Shown piece by piece: positions 36,106 through 48,900 of a stretch of 64,000 nt of DNA. The position numbers and the translations under genes are program-made. Position 1 is the first letter of the stretch, and each line of letters opens with the position of its first letter. Origin of the DNA: Calcarisporiella thermophila CBS 279.70 (lineage: Eukaryota; Fungi; Calcarisporiellomycota); contig NW_027192210.1 of NCBI RefSeq assembly GCF_041956535.1, positions 380,021 to 444,020 on the forward strand. Reading direction: 5' to 3'. The notes below the pieces were generated by a model. It searched no databases, had not been told where the DNA came from, and was given only the letters and a program-made list of their open reading frames with translations.

Positions 36106-38446
36106 ATGCATGCCGGCGTGCTTACAACCGCTCCAGCTCCCCCTCCTCCACCCCCGCCTCCTCCAACTCAATCAATTAACATAGAGCCAGCCATTAATAT
36201 ACCCCAGCTGGCAGATTTCGCCTCGTCTATGGTTTATGCTATGTGGCATACCCGACGTCCGTCCGTGACTTCTCTATATATGCCAGAAGGATCAACGATG
36301 AATTCATCCCATTCTAATTCTGACAGCTCATCTTCTCCGAGTCATGCATTCAAAAAATTTTGCACTCAAGTAAGATTTTCTCTTTTGCTCAAACATACTC
36401 CCTTACTCTTTCTATGTCTTTTTTTTCTCTTCTACTTTCTTCCTTGGCTTTTTTGATTTTGTTTTAATTTCCTCCTTCTTTTTCTTTTTCATCTTATAGA
36501 CTTTAACAGCAACGCAATTGTCAGAATCTGTCGTTTTGCTTAGCCTCAAATACATTGCGAAACTACTCCAGAGTAATCCGGCTATCCAGGGTGCAGAGGG
36601 CTCCGAATATCGGCTCTTCACGGTTGCTCTCATGCTTGCAAATAAGTTTCTTGATGATAATACTTACACCAACAAAACATGGTCTGACCTTACTGGCCTA
36701 CGCCTCTTTGAGCTAAATATTATGGAGATTGAGTTTCTGGACGTTTTGCGTTTCCGTCTCTTTGTATCGGTCAAGGAATTTAATGACTGGAAGTCGATAC
36801 TCGATGCATTTCGTCGCAAAGAACGGGAAGCGCAACAGCGCCAATTTTATGAGGAGGCCCTTCGTAACTTTGGCCTGCTATCTTTCCAACAGCAGCAGCA
36901 GCAACAGCAACACCAGCAAGAGTGGGCCGCACATCAACATGAGGCTATTCGACAGGCTAATGCTGCCGCCGCCGCTGCAGCTCAGCGTCATCAACAACAG
37001 CAGCAGCAACAAAATGAGTATCAGCTCTATCTGCTCCGACAGCAGCAACCACATCTGCACCAGCCCGATTTTAGCAGGCCTCTGGTACGAATACCACTTA
37101 TCTCTCGTCTTCCCCAACCCACCATGTACATGCTACCCACGCCACAGCAGACACCGCACACTACAATAGAGCCTCACCGAGCGCCCTCACAAACAGTAGT
37201 GCCACCCCCCCACCCCTCCTATTATTCCTCGGGCCATCCTAGTTCCAATTTTGCCACAACATGTCCAAGCAACCCAGTTAATCCAGCACCGGCTCTTCCT
37301 TATCCCAACGCGCCTCCTCCTCAGCCACATCATCACGCTACGACCTCGACTCTCCAATACCATAGTAATCCTCCGAGACCATCGCAACACTATCCGCCGC
37401 CCGCTCCATATCCTCAAGGAAATCAACTCCCATATGAAACTGTCCCCACTTTTGCACATTCTCCACAAAACATGAATCCTCACCATGGACTGGTCCCAGC
37501 AGTGGCCTCTCTCTCCCAACCGCCTGCTCAGAGCCACTACGCTCAAACTCCGCCGGAGCACCGACCCATTCCCACAGACCATCGGTCACCACTCCCAAGT
37601 TTAGCTCGGCCCCCTCCCTCGTCTCAACCCGCGCCTACAATATCTCTTTCACAGAATCGGCCCATCACAACCAAACAAGCACACGAATTATCCCAGATAC
37701 AAATTCCACCTCACGATCCCTCCTCCACTAACATGGCTGTTGTTGCCTACAGCCTCACTGCAACGATGGCGGTAATGGTTCCCGGAGCTGCTCTCGCTGT
37801 TGCACGTGCTCTGAAACAGCATCAGGAAATGCAACGTTCATCAAGTGATTTGCGAGATAACGCCAATATATCATCCTCTTCTGAGAATCTGACTCGCGAA
37901 GAAGAGCAACGGCAAGGTAGGCGCGCAATGGAGAGTCTACAGAAGTGGAATGAGGAAGGCAGATCGGGAAGGATATTAAAGCAAGAAGGGGGAAGTCCGG
38001 ACGTCCATCGCCCCTCTGAGAGCATCACAATGAACACTTCTCCAATGGCTTATACAACTACAACTGGAGATGAAAATAGAGGAGGATGGGCCACATCCCA
38101 CTATTCTTCTGGCCATCAGCACCCACATCCACATCCACCACCGCCGACGCAGTCCACTGGCTCAGAAGGAGCTGGCGGTTATCCCGTCAGCTATCAAATG
38201 ATGCCTCATTCTATTGCCGCCTCCGCTAATGTGCAGTCATTTCAACCTCCGCCGTACATATATGGTCAAGCGCCCCCGCCTTCTCAACAAGCCTCCACAA
38301 TGAGTGTCTCTTCAGCAGGCATGGCAGCGGGCACTCAACCCCCCGCTACCTATACATATTACATGCAGCCCTCCATGAATTATGTGCCTGGAAGACCTCC
38401 GCCTGCACCCGAAAATTACACCTACCATCCTTCGTCTAACCGTTGA
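36106..38446 (+). CDS. PHO80/Pcl (Clg1-like) cyclin with long Q/P/H-rich disordered tail, 2 exons
   Basis: AFKKFCTQTLTATQLSESVVLLSLKYI...RLFTVALMLANKFLDDNTYTNKTWSDLTG...LNIMEIEFL cyclin box; intron at about 36370-36499. Confidence 0.88.
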
Positions 38447-39586
38447 AGAGCATTTTGCAAATTTTTATTATTTTATGTTTGAAGATTCTCCGTTGACTCT
38501 ATTAATTAACTCTTATTATATATGAGTGAACTTGAATTTTTTTTCCTGTGTATTTTCAAATATCTTTTATTTTGTTTCCAGTGTTTCCAATTGTTGCTTT
38601 ATATATATTAGTTTTTTTTTATGTAATATCCCCTCGCAAGATCCATTCTTCTTGTTTCTTTCTTCCTTCCCCTCGGCATCCTCTTTGCTTGCGAATCTTT
38701 TCTTTCTCCCTATGATAGTGTGCTTATGGGAATTTACATTATTTTCTTCTAACTTACTCCTCCTCTATCTATAAAGTATATATATTTTATTATCCTCTTT
38801 TTATATATTCTGAATAAATCCATCAATCTAAGGTTGGTTGTACCAATAGCGGCGTATGCGTACGACCTCTTCTCTTCTTGAACTCATATATATCCTCGAC
38901 CCGCCATTGGTGTCTCCAAGAAACACTTAATAATGGCTAAAAGTTATGGAATGAAGTTGTTCCCTATTATGTGCATTTGTGCAATTTTTTTCCTAGCTGC
39001 CAAGTGTTTAAGCCCTCTCACATGACTTTCAAGGTCATATCTACAATGAATATCTCTTTGCAGAGTAAGGGCGCTAGGAACTCCCCTTTCGAAAGGTAAC
39101 ATGTGGTGATGATAGCATTTGCATAAGCAGGTTGTGACTGTGAAAATCCAACCCCGCAATCTTATTTCTTTACTAATGCAAAGGAGAGAGCTTAAGGAAG
39201 CCCATGCGGCTGTCAGATCTGAACCGCACTAGACCGTAGCAGTATATCGCTGATGAAATGCGGCATCTTTCCGGTTCCGCAGCGTAACCTATTGTCTCTA
39301 CGTCGCTCTCGTCATCGATAGAGATGAGGTTTTCTCAATAAATAGGCCAAAGTTTAGTAGTTCACCAATGACCACGCTATTTTGCCGCTTTAGCTTTTGT
39401 TCCCATTTCAGGTTAAGGCAAAAGACTCAAAGTTCGTGTTCATGATGGAGAGCCTCAATGTTATAAAAGTGCGCCCTGCTCTCTTAGCCATTTTTTTTTC
39501 CCTTGTCCCGTTGCGGCCCAACCTTTTTCTGTTTTTCTCATCCCACATTTTCTGGCTTCTTCTTCCTTCCAAAAAAAAAAGTTGCT

Positions 39587-41364
39587 ATGAAAATTGTAAA
39601 CAATATTTATGTGATCGGAGGTTTCGCCGCTGTTGCTGGCATATTATTTGGATTTGACATAGGAAGTAACAGCGGTGTAATCAATACAGTGCAATATAAG
39701 ACTTACTTTGATCATCCAAATGAGACTCTCCAAGGCGGGATCAACAGTTCCCTCTCTGCTGGGTGTTTCGTCGGCGCGATAATTTCCAGCTACCCAGCGG
39801 ATAAGATTGGTCGTAAGATGTCAATCATCCTTGCAGCCGCCATCTTTGTTCTAGGCGCCATCATTCAGTCTGCCTGTAACGGGCATGCGATGCTTATCGC
39901 TGGTCGTGTGTTGGCCGGGCTCTCCGTGGGAATGACTTCCAACATCGTGCCATTATATCAAAGTGAAATTGCGCCTGAGAAAGTCCGTGGTCGCCTAGTG
40001 TCAATACAACAGTGGGCAATCACCTGGGGCATTTGCATTTCGTTCTGGATTCAGTACGGCTGCTCGAAAATCGACGGACAAGCTGCCTTCCGTATCCCAT
40101 ACGGAGTGCAGGCTATACCAGCGCTGTTGCTATTTTTCGGTATGTTTTTCTTTCCGCGATCCCCTCGTTGGCTTATGGATCATGATCGGGAAGAAGAAGC
40201 TCTCCGTGTCCTAGCTGACATTCACGGGGAAGGAGATGTTAATCACCCGTATGTGCAGCGTGAATTCAGCCAAATTAAAGAGGCAATCCGATTTGATCGC
40301 GAAATAGCGGCGCGCTCTTATCTTGAGTTACTAAAACCTGGGTTGTTCAAGCGCGTGTTTCTTGGTGTAGCTCTTCAAGCTTGGCAGCAGCTGACGGGAA
40401 TGAACATTATCATGTTCTATGTAGTATATCTCTTCGAGCAGGTAAATTATATTTTAATATTTCAGATTATGGATATTCAGTTGATACTGAACCAAAATTC
40501 CGATACAAAGGCGGGTAAAGCTGAGCAAGAAGCAAATCTTGTAGCCTCAGGTGTCAGTTACGTTGTAAATGTAGTCATGACGGTTCCAGCAATTATTTAT
40601 GTAGATAAATGGGGGCGCCGACCCACACTTATTGCCGGATCTGCTGCCATGGCTACCTTCCTATTCATCATTGGAGGTATTATGGGTGGTATTGGCAAGC
40701 CGCCTGTTGATGATCCAAATTCACAAACAAAAACGACCGTTTCTGGGTGGGATATGCAAGGCAACACTGCTGCGACAAACGCGATTATTGCAATGGTATA
40801 TTTCTTTGTTGCATCCTTTGCCACAACGTGGGGACCCATAGGTCTGTATTATCTCATAATCATTTAGAATGTCGATCTATTTAATTTATTATATTCAACT
40901 GTGTTTACTTTATAATGGACATAGGATGGATTTATCCAGCGGAAATTTTCCCAATGCGTGTACGAGCTAAGGCAACCGCACTTTCCACTGGCTCAAATTG
41001 GCTGTTTAACTGGATTCTAAACTTCTTTGTGCCTATTCTTATGAGCAAACTAACCTATGGGCTCTATATTCTCTTTGGAGCATTCAATTTCCTAATGACC
41101 GCACATGTCTTTTTCCAGTATCCAGAGGTGAGTGCATAGTCAGTTGTGAAAGAAAGCAATGCATATTTTATATTATTTTACCTTGATATTTAGACTAAGG
41201 GTCGTACGCTAGAGGAAATGGACGAGATCTTTGCAGCTGGTTATAGTCCATGGCGGAAAAAGAAGATTAATGAAGCAACCCGAGAAGCAAATCTCGAAAA
41301 GGGACAGGATACTAATAAGGAAGAAAAAGAGAAAGAAGAAGGTCAACCACCGGAGGTCGCGTAA
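39587..41364 (+). CDS. MFS sugar porter, high-affinity glucose transporter (HGT1-like)
   Basis: GILFGFDIG, DKIGRK, PLYQSEIAPEKVRGRLVSIQQWAITWG, PRSPRWL, QQLTGMNIIMFY, DKWGRR, YPAEIFPMRVRA, PETKGRTLEEMD. Confidence 0.93.
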
Positions 41365-41979
41365 TAAAGGGAGAGATCAAGAGGTGACGATATTTAATGT
41401 ATTTGAATTCAGGTGTGGGGACGTCGCTATTTAATGCCTTATGTATTTCATTATACTTTTTGCCTTTATTTCTGTCATGGTTGGGATCACGTCAATATGT
41501 TAATACTACCTCCTCTGCTTTTATGTATTCTGTATCCTTTTATTCAATCCAATAAAGGGGAAAGATTAAAGGGCTCTCATTATTAGGTGATTCTTTGGGA
41601 AATCTATTATTTCATCTTAAAAATCAAATCATATTGGCAGAGTTTGTATTGGTGATTACTGGGGCTACATTTTTTTTGGTATTGGGCTTTTAGGAAAGCT
41701 GGAATCTGAAGATTGCATGAATCTGAGTTCAAAAGAGTTTTGAGTCACACGTATGATAATCTCGAAGGAAAAATGATTGTAGATGGTAGGTAAACCTTAT
41801 CTCACTTCACACCACGAGGACAGCATTTTTTTGACATTTGAGATAATATCAAAGATCTATATCCAAGTGCTTAACCCAGAGAGCAAAGCAAATACAGCGG
41901 GATAAATTTTTAGGGGGGGACTTCCCTACAGCTTTCTCACGCTCCAATTCTCTCTATATTTATTACGATATATCTCTAA

Positions 41980-43537
41980 ATGGCTAGACAAGGAAACCGC
42001 ATTCTCATTGTAGGAGGTGGCTGCTTTGGGCTCTCCACTGCTCTGGCTCTCTCTGGAGACCCTTCCCTCCACATTACGGTCTTCGACCGTGCCCAAATTC
42101 CGTCGCGTGATGCAGCCTCCAATGACACCACCAAATTAGTACGCATGGACTATGGAAATGACGTTCTCTACCAGGATCTCACCATCGAGGCCCTTCCAAT
42201 TTGGCGCAAATGGAACTCAGAAGCCAGACGCCGGTACGGCCAGGATGTTTTCACTGAATCTGGAATCCTCTTTCTTTCTCGGGACCACTTGGGGGAGTAT
42301 GAAAAAAGGAGTATGGCAAACTTATCTCAAGTGTTGCCTGAAGCTCTAAAGACGCTTTCGCACCAGGATGTACAGAGGGAGTATCCACAGTTCCATAGGC
42401 ATTGGAATATTGGATATCTGAATAAACAAGACGGGTGGTGTTTTGCTGAGCTGGCTATCCGACTAGTTGCGGACATTTGCCTGGAACGCAAAGTGAAATT
42501 TATAGTTGGAAAAGCAGGAGAGTTTAAGAGTTTTGTGTGGAGGAATGGTAGAGTTTGCGGAATCATGACGCAGGACGGTGGGCAATATTATGGGGATAAG
42601 GTGGATGATAACTTGTTTTGATTATTATTTAAAAAATGCTTAGGTTAACGGGCAAACTACTTAGATTATTATGGCAATTGGAAGCTGGACAGGCTCCTTA
42701 CTTCCAGGGATGAATAATATAATCACGGCAACGGGTCATCCTGTTATGCATTTCAAAATTCCCGAGCAACTCCGTGGTAGATATCTTTCAGATGTATTTC
42801 CAGCATGGGAGGCAGACACACCCAATACCGGTAGGATAAATAATAATATCGATCTTTTCTCTTTCTGTTCTCCTTTTCATTCCAACGCTTAATCGAAACT
42901 CTGCTATCACAGGTTTCTATGGCTTCCCCTCAAAACCTGACGGCGACTTAAAGATAGCTATTCATTCACCCGGTTATATTAACACAATCTCTACAAACAG
43001 CAATGGTGTTGTATCAGTTCCTCGAACCATTGTAGATCATCCTAATGATACTATCCCACATGAGATTTTAACCAAAACACGCGCTTTCTTACGAAATTGC
43101 CTACCCGAGATCGCTGACCTAGAAATTACAAAAGCAAAATTATGCTGGTATGGAGACCGTTATTGGATAGCTCGCGCAGTGATTTAAAATATCCAGAATT
43201 TTCTTATATATATAATAGGTATTGCGACACCTTCGATGGGAATTTTATCGCAGACTATCACCCATCACTTCCTGGTGTTTTCGTTCTCGCAGGTGATAGT
43301 GGTCATGGTATGAAGTTTCTTCCAGTAATCGGAGAGAAAGTACGTGGTATCATTGAAAAAGATGCAACCTTGTTGAAGAGGTATAGTGCGTGGAGTTGGA
43401 GAGAACCTCAAGTAGGTAAAGCAATAGTATTTGATGCCATGCGTTCCAATCAGAATGGCGATGATCGCAAAGAACTACGCGATTCGAGAATGGCAAGAAG
43501 TGAGGAGTTGTTCAGACACCAAACAGCACGACTTTAA
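41980..43537 (+). CDS. FAD-dependent sarcosine/pipecolate/fructosyl-amine oxidase family protein, peroxisomal (PTS1)
   Basis: Rossmann GGGCFG, AASNDTTKLVRMDYG, GFYGFP, CWYCDTFDGNFIADYHP, GDSGHGMKFLPVIG; C-terminal -ARL. Confidence 0.88.
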
Positions 43538-43623
43538 TTAAATAAATATATACATATTTATATGCTCATTCCACAATGGTTGACAAGGTTATTAACAAGG
43601 AATATACTGTATATCTCCTTGAT

Positions 43624-43954
43624 NNNNNNNNNNNNNNNNNNNNNNNNNNNNNNNNNNNNNNNNNNNNNNNNNNNNNNNNNNNNNNNNNNNNNNNNNNNNN
43701 NNNNNNNNNNNNNNNNNNNNNNNNNNNNNNNNNNNNNNNNNNNNNNNNNNNNNNNNNNNNNNNNNNNNNNNNNNNNNNNNNNNNNNNNNNNNNNNNNNNN
43801 NNNNNNNNNNNNNNNNNNNNNNNNNNNNNNNNNNNNNNNNNNNNNNNNNNNNNNNNNNNNNNNNNNNNNNNNNNNNNNNNNNNNNNNNNNNNNNNNNNNN
43901 NNNNNNNNNNNNNNNNNNNNNNNNNNNNNNNNNNNNNNNNNNNNNNNNNNNNNN
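43624..43954. other. Assembly gap (331 N)
   Basis: Run of n characters. Confidence 1.
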
Positions 43955-44090
43955 CCAGACGATTGCTATCTATGAATTTCGAAATAATAAATGTGACTGC
44001 ATATTGCAGCGCCACATTTATGGTTCATATAAGACACAAAGCCTACAGTTCGTGTCGATCATTTGAATCGAGACGCGACAAATCTTGAAG

Positions 44091-45781
44091 ATGAACAAGG
44101 TGAGTGCAGAATGTGTGACTAGAGATTGATTGATTTCGAAGATGGATCATTCAAATTATCCTTTTTTTTTACCCTCTTTATGGTTTATTTACATATTCAG
44201 GATTCAATCCATTCAGATCGTAAAGATGAAGTAAAACCTAGGTATGTTGACTTTGATTGATTCTAAGCTCCTGATGGCTTCATCGCAATTTTATTAATAA
44301 TAATTGTTCTGTTCTCTAGTCCGGAAGATGCCGGTTCGAAGGAATCGGTGAAAACAATTCAGAAAAAGGTCAAGGATATGGCTTGCAACGATCCTATCAA
44401 TCAGGAGGAAAATGTCTCTCAAGATCCCCCAGCCCCTCCAGCTACTACCGAAAAGAATAGTGAACCTTCTGGTACAGTTCGAAGAAAGAATATGGAGGAA
44501 ACACAGGAGGAACGAGAATTTGAGAAGAAACGACGCATAGACATCAACGACCAGAACTTAGAAGCCGAGAGCTCTCTCGACAGTTCAAAAGAAAACGCAG
44601 CTAAAAAGAGTGCCGAAGAAAGCACAGAGAAGGAGCTGAAAAGCAATTCCATTCCAAATAACCCATTCCTGAAAGCTTCGACAAATTCGACGAGCTGGGA
44701 TGATTTAGTAGAAGAACAGGGTAGCGAGGACACAAAAAACAATGTCACAGATTCTAACAAAGCAACTGCTAAACCAGGAGCAACAACTAAAGCTATCACA
44801 CCGGCAGAAGAATCTACTACTGAAAATAATTCTGCATTAAAAGGGGAATCGAAGCCAGCAGTTAAGGTAATTTCTGGTGCTATTATTACGCCTCGGTTAT
44901 GATGTTAACTATTCTACATTAATAGGGATTCGGATTTAAGATGGCCTCCACCACATCTCCATTTACCTCGTTTTCATCCGGGAAAACTTCTGAATCCCCG
45001 TTCTCCTCCCTGACATCCTTTTCCTCTAAAAAAGAAGAGAGCAATGGACAAAAGGCATCTCCATTCGCTGCCTCAAATTTAACATCAGAGAAGCAATCGT
45101 TTGATTCTTTGCTTTCCTCTTCGGGAACAGGGGACGATAAGGGGGAAAAGGATGACAAATTAGCAATATCAGCATCAATGATCGGGAGTGCGCCAAAAAG
45201 CACATTACAAGAGCAAGAAGGTATTCATCGCTTTTTCTATTCCACTTAGCCTTTTTGAATATTCACGCTGGAGTTATTTGTTTTTTGTTCAGTTATAACT
45301 GGAGAAGAAGACGAAGAAATGCTTCATCAACTAAGAGCAAAGCTTTACGCGATGGATGATGAACGGCAATGGAAAGAGCGCGGTGTCGGTAACTTGCGGA
45401 TAAATGTGAGCAAAGAAAACCCCAAGGCAGCACGGCTAGGTGAGACTTTTTCAAACATATCCTCCTCACTATCATATAGCTCATAACCCATACAATTTTG
45501 ATAGTCATGCGAGCAGATGGTGTTTTAAGAGTTATCCTAAATGTAGCCATTTTTTCCGGGATGTCCTGTGAATTATCGCAAGAAAAATTTGTTCGTTTGA
45601 TTGCATTTGAAAACAGCAAACCAGTCCATTTTGCCATCAAGGTAAATTGAATACTCAATCTTCCTCGGCGATTTTGATTCCAGCTAACCTATCGACTCTT
45701 TTGAAGGCACCCAACAAGAATGCGGCCCTGGACCTATTTGAAGCCATTCAAGACCGCCTCGAAGTAGTCGGCCAAAATTAG
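44091..45781 (+). CDS. Ran-binding-domain protein (Yrb2/RanBP3-like)
   Basis: Charged low-complexity N-terminus, FGF/SPF motifs, then RanBD: [17 protein letters not shown]...[12 protein letters not shown]...[16 protein letters not shown]. Confidence 0.82.
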
Positions 45782-45961
45782 TCTACGCATTTAAATGTAG
45801 AATGTTACATAATGATTTGTCATTTTTTATATATACGATCTTTTTCTTGTTTTTAAAGGGAGGTTTTGCAGGTTGATAGTTTATTGTCAAGAACATTAAT
45901 AACAATAATAATAACAATAAAAAAAAAAGAGATCTATTGCATTTTTTCACGTTGCGACTGC

Positions 45962-48900
45962 TCATCGTCTGTTCATTTCCAGGTCATCCAGTGAAAAAGG
46001 AACGCTCCTTCTGCCATGTTCGGCTGATCGTTGTCTCTCGGAAAGGGAAAAGGACCTCTGATGGGGTTGAATATGAGAGGAATGCCGCCTTGATGGGTGT
46101 CGATCCGAATCATAGCGGTTGAATATTGCATCTCCTCCACGCCCGGGAGATATGGCGCTCCAGCCTCCGCCAAAGCGTAAATCATCACCAGCTAGTTGTT
46201 CATACAGTTGAGGACTGTGCTCCTTGCGGGCGATGTATTTGAGAACATCTTTCACTGTCACTAGCCCTACGAGTCGTCCAGCGTGCTCAATTAAAATTAC
46301 GCGTGGCCTGTAAACAAAAAGGCTTCATTAAAATTCCACGGTTATTTAAACCAAAATACGCCATATTACCCCATTTTTTTGAAGAGTTCCATGACGGTTT
46401 CAAGGGGAAGTCGAGGGTGGACGGCAATTGGAGTCTGTATCAAAAGTTAGAGTCTTTGTTAACAATGGTTGTCAAAGGGATGCATGTATACAAAGTATAT
46501 TAAACCTGGTCGATATACGGCCCGAAATCAATAAAGTTGGAGGTGCTTTCACCATTTTCCTCCAGATCAGCTAGGCTGTTTGGAAACTCTTCGGTAGTGA
46601 AAAAGCAGTGTGCGGAGTTGGACACGCCACGAACACGTTTTGCTTTGTCTATATTAATTTGATCAATTAAGAATAGAATTTACTGCAGCCTTTGAGAATA
46701 TGAGCTCACCAATTGCATACTTGAGTTCAGATCTTCCGATGAATCCTAACAGAACCATGCTCTTCTTATCCTGTACCACAGGGAAACCTTGATACGCAGT
46801 CTCATGTAAAATTACATCTAATTTTAAAGGTTAAGGACTCTCGATCTGAGAAGAATTAGAGCTTGGACTTACCAATTTCATCCAGTCGCTGCCCAGTAGC
46901 AGATAACACCACCAAATCCCGTTGCATCACATGAGATACTAAAGATATATTGATAGAAGCGTGAGTCGTATTGGTAAAGCGAAACCAGGGAAAGGAGGGC
47001 TACCAGGTACACCAAAGGTATGCTCCTCTTTATCGAGGAAAGGGTATCCGTTTAACTGAATATATCTATCAGCAGTAAAAGTTAGGAGTTAAGGAGTAAA
47101 AGTGGTGCGAAGAAAGGTCAAAAAACGTCTGAAAGCAAAAGGATATATTCCGCCCTTGGAAAACCAGTCGCCAACTGCCTTTGTGACCATCAAAGTGATC
47201 TTTGATAAATAGGGTAATTATTTTCCTCATATAATCAAAGTAGTATTAAAAATGCACTACTCTTACCATTGTCGGAAGAATATAGTTGAGCGCACCGGTG
47301 AGCTCAAACATAATAACCACTACCGAGACTATATAAAAATAATTGCTTTAGGAGTAAGATTGGGTTACAATTAAACTAAAACCTACTAGTAATCCTCATG
47401 ACTCCTCTGTTGAGATTTTAATATACAAAATGTTTAACGATAAATATATGCTTATATTTATGGATAGCAAAGTTTACCCTAGCGCTGCTGCCGCACCAAG
47501 AAATGCATAAGTTCCGGGGGTGATACACTAATACCAAGATCAATAAAGATTGACAACAATCAAATAAATAAGCAAAGATGTACTCACGGTAACATCTTTC
47601 GCAAGTTTACAACTTGCAAAAAGGAAAAAGTCGGGATATGCTCTATTGAATTTCGTACAATTATAAGTAATATTAAGATAATAAAAAAACAAGTGGGCTT
47701 ACTGTTGCCATGCTTTCACAATCACACCAACCATTCGGCCAAATGTCGCACCGATCGCCATGGATGGAACAAAAATACCCGCAGGCACCTATGTTCAGAA
47801 TGAGAATTCAAAGGGCCGAAAAACATTAACGACCAGTATGTTTATAGGGATAGTAACCTTAGCACCATAGGAAACTATTGTTCCAAGTGTGCGCAAGACC
47901 ATAGCCAAAAAAAGTAGAGCTACAATTCTACGTGCTTCTGTTGCGCTGTCAAGTAAAATATCCAATATCAGATAAGTAGCCATGATCAATAACTGGAAAA
48001 GCGTGCTTCATTAACGAAAATGCCAACTTACACACAGAGCCCGTAGTAATCTTCATTTCCCTCGCATTCACGAAACAGAATGCCCATAATCTCTGTCATA
48101 TCAATACGAAGAAATACATTGAAATAACCAATTAGGGCAGTTATTCCCGCAAGCGCTCCAGCTTCCATCACGGGGTAATCTTTGAGATATTTTTTTCGAA
48201 AGGCAACCACCTTCAGGTTGTATTTAATCATCAAAGCACCATAGATACCCTGAAAAGCAAACAAGATTGGTCCAAGTTATTTGATTTGATAGAGAAATCG
48301 AATATCCTACCCCGAATACTCCAAGGAGAACAAAAAAGACAACCTCGAACCACTAGAATAGATATATTGGAATGTCATCATCCATCCGTCAGATATTGAT
48401 ATAGAAAATACTCACATGCCAATCTCGATTGTAGGAGACTTGGAACATGACCAGTTTACCGGTGCGAAAGGGATTCATTGCCTAATATAGAGCAACATTT
48501 GAGTCTGTGCAATCCAGCTGGGCTAATAAAAACAATATCAACCTCGAGAACAAACGTTGCCACTAGTGCACAATAAAAGCTCCTCCACATAGTTTTCATC
48601 GGAAAATTCGAGCACATTTCCTACGATTGAACAAGAGGCTCAAAAGGATGTTAATGAAGCAATCTATATCGACATATGCTTACTTCGAGGGAAAAGAGCA
48701 CACCCCCAATCGGAGATCCAAAAGCAACGGCTACCCCTGCTGCACTCGAGGCGGCAATGATCTCTCGTGTTTTTGCCTTGTTGCGCTTATATTTGCCAAA
48801 CATTCTTGACACTACATTTCCCACACAGCAAGCCATGTGTACCGAGGGGCCTTCTTTTCCGATGGAAAGACCAGATGCGACAGAGAGGGCCTATATATAA

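Noticed and set aside
24102-43537. PEX5 and a PTS1 (-ARL) cargo enzyme in the same window as a peroxisomal cluster
   Set aside because: They are about 16 kb apart with unrelated genes between; coincidence is likely
43562-44088. ORFs containing long X runs
   Set aside because: Artefacts of translating across the N gap
46818-46873. TCCTTAAC branch site in another CLC intron
   Set aside because: The donor is standard GTAAGT, and CTTAAC also fits the ordinary fungal U2 branch consensus
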